Source: an uncultured Iamiaceae bacterium
Lineage (GTDB): Bacteria; Actinomycetota; Acidimicrobiia; Acidimicrobiales; Acidimicrobilacustridaceae
Direction of reading: 5' to 3'
NCBI GenBank assembly: GCA_963767615.1
Contig: CAVYED010000009.1
Location: 77,323 to 141,322, forward strand
Length of the DNA: 64,000 nt
The translations under genes and the position numbers were made by a program. This document shows, piece by piece, positions 19,350 to 30,953 of this stretch. The notes beneath the pieces are model-generated. The model did no database searches and was not told the origin of the DNA. It was given only the letters and a program-made list of their open reading frames with translations. The stretch's first letter is position 1. The number at the start of each line of letters is the position of its first letter.

Positions 19350-20649
19350 TCTCCGGGTCGCGGGTGCTGCGGCGCTCGCGATAGTCCCGGGCGCCGCCCT
19401 CCTCGGGCTCGACCTCGAGGACCAGGCCGTCGATCCCGATGACCCGCACGCGATCGAGCTCCTCGACCGGGGTGGCCCGGTTGGTCGACGCCCGCCACAG
19501 CGCGTCACGGATCTGCACGACGCCGTCGGGATCCACGGGAGACACGGCTCGGCCCACCTCACCGATCATCCACTCCCGCCCGATGGTCGGGGTGGAGAAC
19601 CGGGTTCGCACCATGGACGGCATGCCGCCGAGGAAGGCCAGCAGGACACCGACGATCCCGACGAGCAACGTGACCCACGACAACGACAGCCCGTCGTAGA
19701 GGAACAGCGAGCCGAGGGTGAACATGACGACGCCGGCACCCGTCCAGAAGCGCGGGACCCCCGTCTGGACGTCGACGGCGAACGCCAGCATCGACACGAC
19801 GATCAGGGCGAGAGCCCACCAGTGCGCCGGCAGGACGGCGAGGCCGTAGCAGGCGAGGACGAACGACCCTGCGCCCACGACCCCGGCCACGCCCACACCG
19901 GCGGTGAAGAGCTCGAAGATGATCAACGCCAGGCCCACGGCCAACAGCAGGTAGGCGACCGCCGGGCTGGCCGCGGTGTGCATCAGCTGGTCGAGCAGGG
20001 AGAGCTGCCCGAACTGGACCTGTGTCACGCGGCTCCCGGCGGGTCTGGTCGTCCTGGGTGACCTCGCGGGTCTGGACCCCGGGGAGGTTGACGAGGAAGT
20101 CCCCGATGGTGGGGGCCGGGAACGACGTGATCCCGAGCTCGGCGGCCTCCTGGGTGTTGACGACCCGGTCGGCGATGGGGAGGAGGCGGTCGAGGTCGAG
20201 ACCCTCGTGAGCGGCGCTCCGGCGTCGCCCAGCCGCGATCCCGGCGCCATGCCGACGTCGTCGGCCGCCCCGACGAGCTGGGCCCCGGAGCCGGTGAGCC
20301 CGGATCCGGACGGGCCGACCCAGACGTCGACGCGGCACCGACGCCGAGGTCATGCGGTCGAGGAGCTCGGCGAAGCGGGCGTCGGACACGACCACGTCGC
20401 TGGAGTCGATCTGGAGCACCAACGCGATCGCCCCGGCCGCCTCGGCCTCGTCGATCGAGGTCTGCACGAAGTCGACCAGCACGGGGTCGAGGAGCCCGTC
20501 GACCTCGACCACGGCGACGAAGCCGGCGTCATCACCGGCGGGCGCCGGATCATCGCCGCCTGTGCGGCCGCCGGGAGCACTGGCACCAGGACTCCCATCA
20601 CGAGCCCGACGAAGGTCAGGATGAGACCCATGACCGATAGTCTGCGCAC
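19345..20649 (-). CDS. NfeD-family membrane protein (about 4 frameshifts)
   Basis: Signal peptide, ClpP-like N-domain, TM region (IFELFTAGVG) and C-terminal OB fold (PDGVVQIRDALWRA), spread over three frames. Confidence 0.8.
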
Positions 20650-20671
20650 CGAAGTCCTCCGAGGAGATTGA

Positions 20672-21647
20672 GTGGATCCTGCGCAGTTCCTCGCAGCATC
20701 ACGCGTGCTCATCGTGGCCGGGAAGGGGGGCGTCGGCAAAAGCACGGTCGAGCGCGGCCGTGGCGCGGTGCGCGGCCCTGGCCGGCTTGTCGACCCTGAT
20801 GATCGAGGTCGAGGGCAAGAGCGGGCTGGCCGGCCTGTTCGGGCAACCGTCGTTCGGCTACGAGGAGGTGGTGCTGTCGCCCGGCGGCGGGCCGCGGGGC
20901 GCCGCCGACGTACGCGCCCGGGCGCTCACCCCCGACGACGCTCTCCTCGAGTACCTGGCCGACCACGGGCTGAGCCGGGTGAGTCGCCGGCTCCTCTCCA
21001 GCGGCGCCCTCGACATGGTGTCGACGGCGGCACCGGGAATTCGCGACATCCTCGTGCTGGGCAAGGTGAAGCAGCTCGAGCGCAGCGGCGAAACCGATCT
21101 GATCGTCCTCGATGCCCCGGCCGCCGGACACGCCATCTCGTTCCTGCGCTCGGCGCGCGGTCTCGTCGACGCCGTGCGGTCGGGTCCCGTCGCGACCCAG
21201 GCCGCCGACGTGCTGGAGATGCTCACCGACCCCGAGCGCTGCCAGGTGATGCTGGTCACGCTGCCCGAGGAGACACCCGTCAACGAGCTGATCGACACCG
21301 CGTTCAGCCTCGAGGACGAGGTGGGCGTGAGCCTGGGGCCGGTGGTGGTGAACGGGGTGTACCCCGTGCGGCCCGGCCTCGACACCGACCCGGCCCTGGC
21401 GGCGTCGGCCGCAGGGGTGACCCTGCGGCCCGACGAGGCCGATCGGCTCCGGGCCGCCGCCGACTTCCGGGCGCAGCGGACGGCCCTGCAGGACGAGCAG
21501 ATCGCCCGCATGGCCTCGACCCTTCCCCTGCCCCAGGTGCAGTTGCCCTTCCTGTTCTCGACCGACCTCGGGCCCGACGACGTCGACGTCCTGGCCGACG
21601 CCCTCGCCGACGGCATCGCCGACCTCACGCCGCTGACGACCCCATGA
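20672..21647 (+). CDS. ArsA/Get3-family ATPase (Rv3679-like; frameshift near 20750)
   Basis: GKGGVGKST; DAPAAGH; TLPEETPVNE. Confidence 0.85.
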
Positions 21648-22769
21648 CCACGATCGAGCCCACCCCGCCGGCCGACACGGCCCCCGACCCGCTGTCGACG
21701 CTCCTGGCCGACCACACGATCCTGGTCTGCACCGGGTCCGGTGGGGTCGGCAAGACGACGACGGCCGCGGTCATGGCCATGGAGGCGGCCCGCCAGGGTC
21801 GACGGGCCTGTGTGGTCACGATCGATCCGGCGCGGCGCCTGGCCAACGCCATGGGCCTCGACGGGCTCACCGACTCGGCCTCGCTCGTCGGAGGCGACTG
21901 GCCCGGTGAGCTGTGGGCGCTGATGCTCGACACCAAGACGACCTTCGATGCGCTGGTGACGCAGAACGCCTCCGATGCGCAGCAGGCCGAGTCGATCCTG
22001 AACAACCGCTTCTACCGCAACATCTCCACCGCGCTCTCGGGCACCCAGGAGTACATGGCGATGGAGAAGCTCTACGAACTCCACCACGACGAGCGCTTCG
22101 ACGTGATCGTCGTCGACACCCCACCCACGCGCAACGCCCTCGACTTCCTCGAAGCGCCCGGCCGTCTCACACGCTTCCTCGACCACCGGCTCTACAAGCT
22201 GCTCATCACGCCGACCCGGGGCCTGGCCCGAGCGATGAACGTGGCCGCACAGGCCTTCCTGCGCACCGTGTCACGGGTCATCGGACGCGAGGTGGTGACC
22301 GATCTCGTCGAGTTCTTCACCGCCTTCGACGGCATGGAACAGGGCTTCAAGGACCGAGCCGGCAAGGTCGTCGAGCTCCTCAGCGCCCCGGAGACTGCCT
22401 TCGTTCTCGTGACCGCACCTCGCCGAGACGTCGTGGAGGAGGCCAGCTTCTTCGCCGAGAAGCTCGACGAGGCCGGCATCCCGGTGCGGGCGCTGATCGT
22501 GAACCGCGTGCACCCGCACTTCAGCGCCGAGCGGCCCGCAGCGCTCAGCGCACGCGCCGACGACCACGCCGGCACCGCGCTGGGCGAGCTCTACGGAAAC
22601 CTCGCCGACTTCGCCTCGGTGGCATCGACCGAGGACGCCCACCTGGCCGGGTTGTCGGCGCGACGTGGCGCCGGCCCCGGTGGTGAAGGTCCCGTTCCTC
22701 GGCAGCGACGTGCACGACATCGGCGGCCTCGACCGGATCGCCGCCCACCTGTTCCGGGCGACGCCCTGA
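21644..22769 (+). CDS. ArsA/Get3-family ATPase (Rv3680-like; frameshift near 22663)
   Basis: GSGGVGKTT, TIDPARRLA, GTQEYMAMEKL, VDTPPTRNALDFL. Confidence 0.88.
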
Positions 22770-22791
22770 GCCGTCGGCGCCGACGGGTACG

Positions 22792-23136
22792 TCAGTCGAC
22801 CGGGTCGAGCAGTGCCGCTTCGGCTTCCTCCACCGTCTCGGTGACGGCCACGATGCGGTCGAATCCGGTGGTGTGCAACAAGCGGGTGAGCGTGGGACGG
22901 CTGCACGCCACGGTCACCTCGCCGTCGGCCTCACGGGCCCGGCGGATGCCGCCGATGAGCGCACCCAGACCAGAAGAGTCCATGAAGGGCACATCGGAGA
23001 GATCGATGAGGAGCCGACGGACCGAGGACAGCTCGGCGAGCGCCTCGCGGAACGAGCCCACGGTGTAGGCGTCGAGCTCGCCGACGGGCCGGCACAAGGT
23101 GTACCTGTCGGTCTGCTCCACGGTGATCTCGAGCAA
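22792..23136 (-). CDS. STAS-domain anti-sigma factor antagonist
   Basis: GELD, FMDSSGLG phospho-Ser motif; SD GGAGG before TTG. Confidence 0.92.
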   Translation of the reverse strand: MLEITVEQTDRYTLCRPVGELDAYTVGSFREALAELSSVRRLLIDLSDVPFMDSSGLGALIGGIRRAREADGEVTVACSRPTLTRLLHTTGFDRIVAVTETVEEAEAALLDPVD

Positions 23137-23272
23137 CGGCTTCCTCCCAGCAGCGGTTCCGCCCGACTGGCACGGAAGAGGACGATGGTAGCGGTGTGCT
23201 CCGGACCGGACCACCGGCACCCGCCCGACCTGCGGTTGGGGGCCGTCCGGACGAGGAAGTACCCTCGCCGCC

Positions 23273-23704
23273 GTGCCTACCGTGTTGCTGGCCACCGACG
23301 CCGACTGGATCTTCGACGAGGTCGATGCGGCCCTCGCCACCTCCGACACGCTGGTCTACCGGGTGCGGGCGGGCATCGACGTGCTCCAGGCCATCGACGA
23401 GGTGGAACCCGACCTGGTCATCCTCGACCAGCAGATCGGCAACATGGGCGGCATGGCGACGTGCATGGCGATCCGCAACGCCGAAGGCATCGACCGCATC
23501 CCGATCACCGCGGTGCTGATGCTGCTCGACCGGGCCCACGACGCGTTCCTGGCCCGCCGCCACGACGCCGATGGCTACCTGGTGAAGCCCCTCGACGCCT
23601 TCCGCCTGCGCAAGGCGGCCAAGGTGCTGCTCGACGGCGAGGGCTGGTTCGAGCCCATCGACGAGGCCACCAGCCAGGTCGCCGACGTGACCATCCGGGG
23701 CTGA
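23273..23704 (+). CDS. Single-domain response regulator
   Basis: PDLVILD, DGYLVKP; no output domain. Confidence 0.8.
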   Translation: MPTVLLATDADWIFDEVDAALATSDTLVYRVRAGIDVLQAIDEVEPDLVILDQQIGNMGGMATCMAIRNAEGIDRIPITAVLMLLDRAHDAFLARRHDADGYLVKPLDAFRLRKAAKVLLDGEGWFEPIDEATSQVADVTIRG

Positions 23705-23754
23705 TCGACCGTTTCGCCGCCCCCGGGGCCACCCGGGTAGGCTCGGCGACCTTA

Positions 23755-23831
<77 letters not shown>

Positions 23832-23912
23832 ACTGCCCCGCCTCGGTGCGGGGCGGTTCCCGTTTCCGGACCGGCCGGTCCGTGCCGGGTCACCCCGTGG
23901 GAGAGTCGGGCC

Positions 23913-25233
<1,321 letters not shown>

Positions 25234-25273
25234 TCAAGCCTACCGGTGAGGGCGGGTGTCTCCCCCGCGGGTT

Positions 25274-26506
25274 TCAGTCGATGAGCGCGGGGCCCTCGTC
25301 GAGACGGAAGGCGGCGTGGAGGACCTGGATGGCCCGTTCGGCCTGGTCGTCGGTGACGACCACGGAGATCCGGATGGCCGAACTCGCGATCATCAAGATG
25401 TTGATGTCGTTGGCGGCCAGCGTCTCGAACACCGTGGCGGCGACACCCGGATGGGTCTTCATCCCGGCCCCGATGACGCTGACCCGGGCGATGTCGGCGT
25501 CGCCCGAGATCTCGTCGGCACCGACGGCCGAGGCCTCACGCTCGCACACGGCCATGGCCGTGGCCAGCTCCTCGTCGGGCACCGTGAAGGAGATGTCGGT
25601 CCTCCCGGCCTCGGAGGTGTTCTGGACGATCAGGTCGACGCTGATGCGCTCGTCGGCGAGTGCCCGGAAGATGCGGGCGGCGATGCCGGGGCGATCCTCC
25701 ACACCACCGATCGTGACCTTGGCGTCCGAGGCGTCGTGCACGACCGCCGAGACGATGGCCTGTTCCATGTCGTCGTCCTCTCTGGTGACGAGCGTGCCGG
25801 TCGCCCAGGTGAACGCCGACCGGACGTGCAGGTCGACCCCGTGGGTGCGGGCGTACTCCACCGACCGCATGGCCGGCTTGGGGCATCCGTTGGCGGTCAT
25901 CTCCATCAGCTCGTCGAAGCTGATCCTGGAGAGCTTGCGGGCACCGTCGACGACCCGCGGGTCGGTGGTGTACACCCCGGAGACGTCGGTGTAGAGCTCG
26001 CACACATCGGCGTTCAGGGCGTGGGCCAGCGCGACGGCCGTCGTGTCGGAACCACCGCGGCCGAGGAACGTGATGTTCCGCTCGGGGGAGATGCCCTGGG
26101 CGCCGCCGACCACGGCCACGGCCCCCCTGCTCAGGGCCTCGCTGACCCGTTCCGGCCTGACCTCGATGATCTTGGCGTCCTGATGCGTCGAGTCGGTGAG
26201 GAAGCCGGCCTGGGAGCCCGTGAACGACTCCGCCTCGACGCCGCGATCGGCGAGGGCCATGCACAGCAACGCCATCGCCTTGCGCTCACCGGCCGTGACG
26301 AGCATGTCCATCTCGCGTCCCGGTCGGGTCTGGGACACCTCCCGCGCCGCCCGCAACAGCTCGTCGGTCTCCTTGCCCATGGCCGACACCACCACCACGA
26401 CCTGGTTGCCCCGGCGCACGGTTCGGGCCACGTGATCGGCCACGGCGCGCATGCGCTCGGGGTCGCCCACCGAGGTGCCACCGAACTTCTGAACGAGCAG
26501 AGCCAC
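25274..26506 (-). CDS. ask: Aspartate kinase
   Basis: VQKFGGTSV, GRGGSDTT, two ACT domains. Confidence 0.96.
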   Translation of the reverse strand: MALLVQKFGGTSVGDPERMRAVADHVARTVRRGNQVVVVVSAMGKETDELLRAAREVSQTRPGREMDMLVTAGERKAMALLCMALADRGVEAESFTGSQAGFLTDSTHQDAKIIEVRPERVSEALSRGAVAVVGGAQGISPERNITFLGRGGSDTTAVALAHALNADVCELYTDVSGVYTTDPRVVDGARKLSRISFDELMEMTANGCPKPAMRSVEYARTHGVDLHVRSAFTWATGTLVTREDDDMEQAIVSAVVHDASDAKVTIGGVEDRPGIAARIFRALADERISVDLIVQNTSEAGRTDISFTVPDEELATAMAVCEREASAVGADEISGDADIARVSVIGAGMKTHPGVAATVFETLAANDINILMIASSAIRISVVVTDDQAERAIQVLHAAFRLDEGPALID

Positions 26507-26577
26507 GGACGACAACGCTACCGGGCGCCCTCTGGTGCCCCCGACCCGGACCGGGACGAGCGGTACCGTCGGGCCCG

Positions 26578-27444
26578 ATGTCCACCTCTGACCGACGCCG
26601 CCGCGACGACGCCCGTCGACGCGAGTCCGCCACCACCGCCCAGCGCTCGCGATCCCGGCAGCGACGCATGCAGGTGATCGCCGCCTCGATCGCCATCGTG
26701 GTCCTCCTCTCGACCGTCGCTGCGGGCATCGCCGCCACCAGGGGCACGCCGACGACGTCGTCCACAACGACGACCTCCTCTCCGAGCACGACCGCCACCG
26801 CACCTCGCTCCGCCGCCGACTACCCCGCCAGCGGAGTGGCTCCGGTCCCGGCCACCCCTGGCGCCACCCTGACCGGCCCCACGCCCTGCCCTGCCGCCGA
26901 CGGCTCGTCACCGCGCACCACGTCGTTCGAGCAGCCCCCACCGCTGTGCATCGACCCCACGCGCTTCTACTCGGCCGTCGTGACGACGACCGCCGGGCCC
27001 ATGACGTTCCAGCTCAACCCGAAGCGGGCCCCCGAGTCGGTGAACGCATTCGTGGTCCTGGCCGGCTACGGCTACTACGACGGCCAACCGATCACCCGCA
27101 TCGAGCCCACCGCCTGGCTCGAGGCGGGCGGGCTCTTCGTCGACGGCGGATCGGCCGATGCGTTCCCCATCCCCGACGAAGTCCCCGAGGCGGGCCAGAT
27201 CTTCACCTCCGGCACCATCGCCATGACCGGAGACGGTTCCCCGGGTACGAACAGGGGCGCGTTCCTGGTGGCCACGTTCGAGAACGCGCCGGCCATCGAC
27301 CCCGGCGTCACCTCGTTCGGGATCATGCTCGACGGTGCCGCCACGCTGGCCGCCATCGACCGACTCGGGAGCCAGGACGGCCTGCCGGTGCGACCGGTGC
27401 GCATCGAGTCGGTCACGGTCACCGCCGGAGCGGCCATCCCGTAG
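26578..27444 (+). CDS. Membrane-anchored cyclophilin-like protein (degenerate)
   Basis: TM anchor; APESVNAFVVLA..YYDG; catalytic motifs diverged. Confidence 0.75.
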   Translation: MSTSDRRRRDDARRRESATTAQRSRSRQRRMQVIAASIAIVVLLSTVAAGIAATRGTPTTSSTTTTSSPSTTATAPRSAADYPASGVAPVPATPGATLTGPTPCPAADGSSPRTTSFEQPPPLCIDPTRFYSAVVTTTAGPMTFQLNPKRAPESVNAFVVLAGYGYYDGQPITRIEPTAWLEAGGLFVDGGSADAFPIPDEVPEAGQIFTSGTIAMTGDGSPGTNRGAFLVATFENAPAIDPGVTSFGIMLDGAATLAAIDRLGSQDGLPVRPVRIESVTVTAGAAIP

Positions 27445-27499
27445 TGGCGACGTGCCTCGCGGCCGGGCCCGTCCGACCCCGCGGTAGCGTCCCCGCTCG

Positions 27500-28363
27500 A
27501 TGGGTACCGCGAAACGTGAACGTCAGAAGGCCGGCCACCAGGCTCGGCTGTCCGCCGAGGCCGCGGCGAACACCAGAGCGGAACGACGCAGACGACTCAC
27601 GATCACGTTGGCCATCGCCGTCTTCGTGGTCGCGATCGTCGGGGTGCTCACCGTGGTGAACCGGGACGACGGCACCGACGAGGCCACCTCGGACGCGTCG
27701 ACCACGTCGACCACGGTCGCGGACACCGAATCGCTGGTGCCTGCGCCGCCGGATCCCGGCGCCACCATCACCGGCGCCACTCCGTGCCCTGCCTCCGACG
27801 GCACCGCCGAGCGCACCACGACCTTCGCCGAACCCCCGCCGATGTGCATCGACCCGGCCAAGACCTACACAGCCACCTTCGCCACCAGCGCCGGCACCAT
27901 CGCAGTCGATCTCGACACCGCGACGACACCGGAGACGACGAACAACTTCGTGGTGCTGGCCCGGTACAAGTACTACGACGGTTCGGCCATCTTCCGCGCC
28001 GACCAGGGCCTCGACATCGTGCAGGGCGGCGCCCCGACGACCAACAGCCCGAGCGACCCCGGGCCCGGCTACACCATCCCCGACGAGGGTGGACCCTTCA
28101 CCTACGTCCCCGGCCAACTGGTCATGGCCCGCACGTCACAGCCCAACTCGTCGGGCGCCCAGTTCTTCCTGACCGGCGGCCCGGCGGTGTCGACCCTCGA
28201 CACCCAGGGCACCTACGTCGTGTTCGGCACGACCGACGACGCCGGCACCGCACTGGTGGCCGGCATCCTGGCCACGGCCGTGGAGAACCCGAGCGGTGGG
28301 GGGCTCGGCGGCGTTCCCCAGCCCGCCGTGGTCATCGAGTCGATCACCATCACCGAGACCTGA
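27500..28363 (+). CDS. Membrane-anchored peptidyl-prolyl isomerase (cyclophilin)
   Basis: NNFVVLA..YYDG..QGG..PGYTIPDE..MAR..AQFF..YVVFG. Confidence 0.88.
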   Translation: MGTAKRERQKAGHQARLSAEAAANTRAERRRRLTITLAIAVFVVAIVGVLTVVNRDDGTDEATSDASTTSTTVADTESLVPAPPDPGATITGATPCPASDGTAERTTTFAEPPPMCIDPAKTYTATFATSAGTIAVDLDTATTPETTNNFVVLARYKYYDGSAIFRADQGLDIVQGGAPTTNSPSDPGPGYTIPDEGGPFTYVPGQLVMARTSQPNSSGAQFFLTGGPAVSTLDTQGTYVVFGTTDDAGTALVAGILATAVENPSGGGLGGVPQPAVVIESITITET

Positions 28364-28395
28364 CGAAGTCCTCCGCAGCCGATCGCCGAGTGGGG

Positions 28396-29100
28396 TCAGC
28401 CCCCCGGCAGGTCCGCGAGAGTGGCCTGATGGCTGCCTCGGTGCACGGTGACCAAGCCGGACCCGACCGTGCGCCACCAACCATCGGGGTCGCGGACGAT
28501 GCCGCTGCGCTCCGGGAGACTGACCAGCACCAGGTCCGGTGGGGCCAGTTCGACGGTGCGACGTACCTTGTCGGGCGACCACGTGTCCGAACGAGGGATG
28601 ACCGCCATGCCGGGCACCAGCCCGAGGCCCACGGTGAATGCGCCGCCGCGGGTGTCGACCATGGGGTCGCACAACACGTCGGCACCGGCGCCGCTGCCCA
28701 CGAGCACCGCACCACCCCGCCAGGCCTGCACGAGGGCGTCGTAGACGGGCGTGTCCTTGAGCACCGAGCGCAGGTGCATCGGCGACGTGCCCACGACGTA
28801 GAGGAAACGCGCCGACGCCACCGTCACGACGTTCTCGGCGGCGAGTGCATCGGCGCGGGTGTAGACGGGGACCTCCCGCACGGCCACCCCGAGCCCGGCG
28901 AACCACGACGTGGCCGCCTGCACTGATCGTCGGGGGCTCTCGTAGGCGAAGCCGGTAGGGATCACGGCCACCTCGTCGGCCCCCGACGCCGCCAGCAGCT
29001 CGGTGTCGAAGTCGCAGCCCTCGGAGAACTCACCCCCTCCGACGAGGGCGAGGAGCCCGGGGGAGGGGTGCGGGCGGTCGTCGTCGGGGGGAGCAGCCAC
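28396..29100 (-). CDS. Peptidase S51/cyanophycinase-like protein
   Basis: LALVGGGEF, VIPTG, class I GATase-like fold; catalytic residues altered. Confidence 0.75.
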   Translation of the reverse strand: MAAPPDDDRPHPSPGLLALVGGGEFSEGCDFDTELLAASGADEVAVIPTGFAYESPRRSVQAATSWFAGLGVAVREVPVYTRADALAAENVVTVASARFLYVVGTSPMHLRSVLKDTPVYDALVQAWRGGAVLVGSGAGADVLCDPMVDTRGGAFTVGLGLVPGMAVIPRSDTWSPDKVRRTVELAPPDLVLVSLPERSGIVRDPDGWWRTVGSGLVTVHRGSHQATLADLPGG

Positions 29101-29166
29101 GCTCTCACGCTAACCAGACGGGCGCGCCCCGATGGACGCATCCGGCGGCGGCATTGGAACCTCGAA

Positions 29167-29182
29167 GCTACCGATCGGTAAC
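29167..29182. promoter_or_regulatory. Palindromic operator upstream of hbd
   Basis: GCTACCGATCGGTAAC overlapping a TAACAT -10 element. Confidence 0.55.
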
Positions 29183-29229
29183 ATCGGGGGGCCGCAGGCG
29201 ACGAGGCCTGCACGGACGGGAGTCTCCAC

Positions 29230-30084
29230 ATGACCATCACGCGTATCGGGATCATCGGTTCGGGGATCATGGGATCCGGCATCGCCGAGGTCGCCGCCAA
29301 GGCCGGGATCGAGGTGGTGCTGCGCAGTCGCAAGCAGGACTCCGCCGACGCCATGGTCGCCGGGCTGTCGAGGTCGCTCACCCGCCAGGTCGACAAGGGC
29401 CGCCTCGAAGCCGACGCCGCGGCGGAGATCCTCGCCCGCGTGAGCGCCACCGACGACCTCAGGGCACTCGCCGACTGCGACCTGGTCCTCGAGTCGGTGG
29501 TCGAGGACCTCGACGTCAAGAAGGCCCTCTTCCGCGAGCTCGACGGCATCGTGAAGCCCGACGCCATCCTCGCCACGAACACCTCCACGCTTCCCGTGAT
29601 CGAGATGGCCATGGAGACCGGTCGGGCCGACCGCGTGTGTGGGGTGCACTTCTTCAACCCTGCGCCGGCGATGAGCCTCGTCGAGATCGTCCGACCCCTC
29701 ACCGCGAACGACGACACGATCGCCGAGGCGAGGGCCTTCGCCGAGGCGTGCGGCAAGAACGCCGTGGAGGTGAAGGACCGCGCCGGGTTCATCGTCAACG
29801 CCCTGCTCTTCCCCTACCTCAACAACGCCGTGCGAATGCTGGAGAACGGCACCGCCGACCGCGACGACATCGACACCGCGATGAAGGGCGGCTGCAACTT
29901 CCCCATGGGGCCGTTGGCGCTGCTCGACCTGGTCGGGCTCGATACGTCGCTGGCCATCCTCGACGCGCTCTACGAGGAGTTCCGCGATCCGAACTATGCG
30001 GCGATGCCGCTGCTGCGCCGCATGGTCACCGCAGGGCATCTCGGTCGCAAGTCCGGCATCGGGTTCTACGACTACGCCAGGTAG
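29230..30084 (+). CDS. hbd: 3-hydroxybutyryl-CoA dehydrogenase
   Basis: GSGIMG, TNTST, HFFNP, PMGP, GRKSG. Confidence 0.88.
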   Translation: MTITRIGIIGSGIMGSGIAEVAAKAGIEVVLRSRKQDSADAMVAGLSRSLTRQVDKGRLEADAAAEILARVSATDDLRALADCDLVLESVVEDLDVKKALFRELDGIVKPDAILATNTSTLPVIEMAMETGRADRVCGVHFFNPAPAMSLVEIVRPLTANDDTIAEARAFAEACGKNAVEVKDRAGFIVNALLFPYLNNAVRMLENGTADRDDIDTAMKGGCNFPMGPLALLDLVGLDTSLAILDALYEEFRDPNYAAMPLLRRMVTAGHLGRKSGIGFYDYAR

Positions 30085-30157
30085 GCCCTTCGCCTTCCCG
30101 GGCCGCCACCGCCATCCTGCGTCGCACCGGTGCCGAGTGGGACGCTAGAAACGGCCC

Positions 30158-30832
30158 GTGCCCATCGAGCCACCGGCCTCCCCCTGGGAGTTCCCCGATC
30201 CACGGGATCTGCCGGACGAGGAGGGCCCCGGCGACCTGGTCGGCCTCGGTGCCGATCTCGAGCCCGGCACCGTCCTGGCGGCCTACCGCAACGGACTGTT
30301 CCCCATGCCGCTCACGGGCCGCCGCGGGATGGCGTGGTGGTCGCCGGACCCCCGTGGGGTGATTCCGCTCGACGGCCTGCGCATCTCCCGCTCGCTACGA
30401 CGATCGACCGCACGCCACGAGGTCCGCGTCGACACCGCCTTCGACGAGGTCGTCGCCGCCTGCGCCGACCCACGCCGCGAGGGTGCCTGGATCTCACCCG
30501 AGATCCAGCAGGCCTACCTGCGTCTGCACCACCTGGGCTGGGCCCATTCGGTGGAGACATGGACCACGGACGGCGAACTGGTGGGGGGGCTCTACGGCGT
30601 CCACATCGGGGGGTTGTTCGCCGGCGAGTCGATGTTCCACCACGCCACCGACGCGTCGAAGGTGGCGCTCGTCGCGCTGGTCGGACACCTCGTGCACATC
30701 GGCGCCACATTGCTCGACGTGCAGTGGCTGACCCCGCACCTCGCCTCACTCGGCGCCATCGAGATCTCCCGGCGGGAGTACCTCGACCGGCTCACGTCCG
30801 CCCTGGGCGAGAGGACGGAGCCCTTCGTCTGA
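30158..30832 (+). CDS. aat: Leucyl/phenylalanyl-tRNA--protein transferase
   Basis: WWSPDPR, AHSVETW, GGLYG, FAGESMF, DASKVA. Confidence 0.95.
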   Translation: MPIEPPASPWEFPDPRDLPDEEGPGDLVGLGADLEPGTVLAAYRNGLFPMPLTGRRGMAWWSPDPRGVIPLDGLRISRSLRRSTARHEVRVDTAFDEVVAACADPRREGAWISPEIQQAYLRLHHLGWAHSVETWTTDGELVGGLYGVHIGGLFAGESMFHHATDASKVALVALVGHLVHIGATLLDVQWLTPHLASLGAIEISRREYLDRLTSALGERTEPFV

Positions 30833-30897
30833 GCCGGACCCGGAGGACCGGAGCGCCGGATCGCCCGACGAGGGGGACCCGCGACCGGACCGCTGCG

Positions 30898-30913
30898 GTC
30901 ACCGGTCGGTCAT
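30898..30913. promoter_or_regulatory. Palindromic operator upstream of ecm/meaA
   Basis: GTCACCGGTCGGTCAT. Confidence 0.45.
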
Positions 30914-30953
30914 CGTCGTGACAGACGGACCGATCTTGGTGAACGATTGGGGG

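Noticed and set aside
20672-23068. 798-aa ArsA fusion ORF
   Set aside because: Created by two indels; resolves into two overlapping genes
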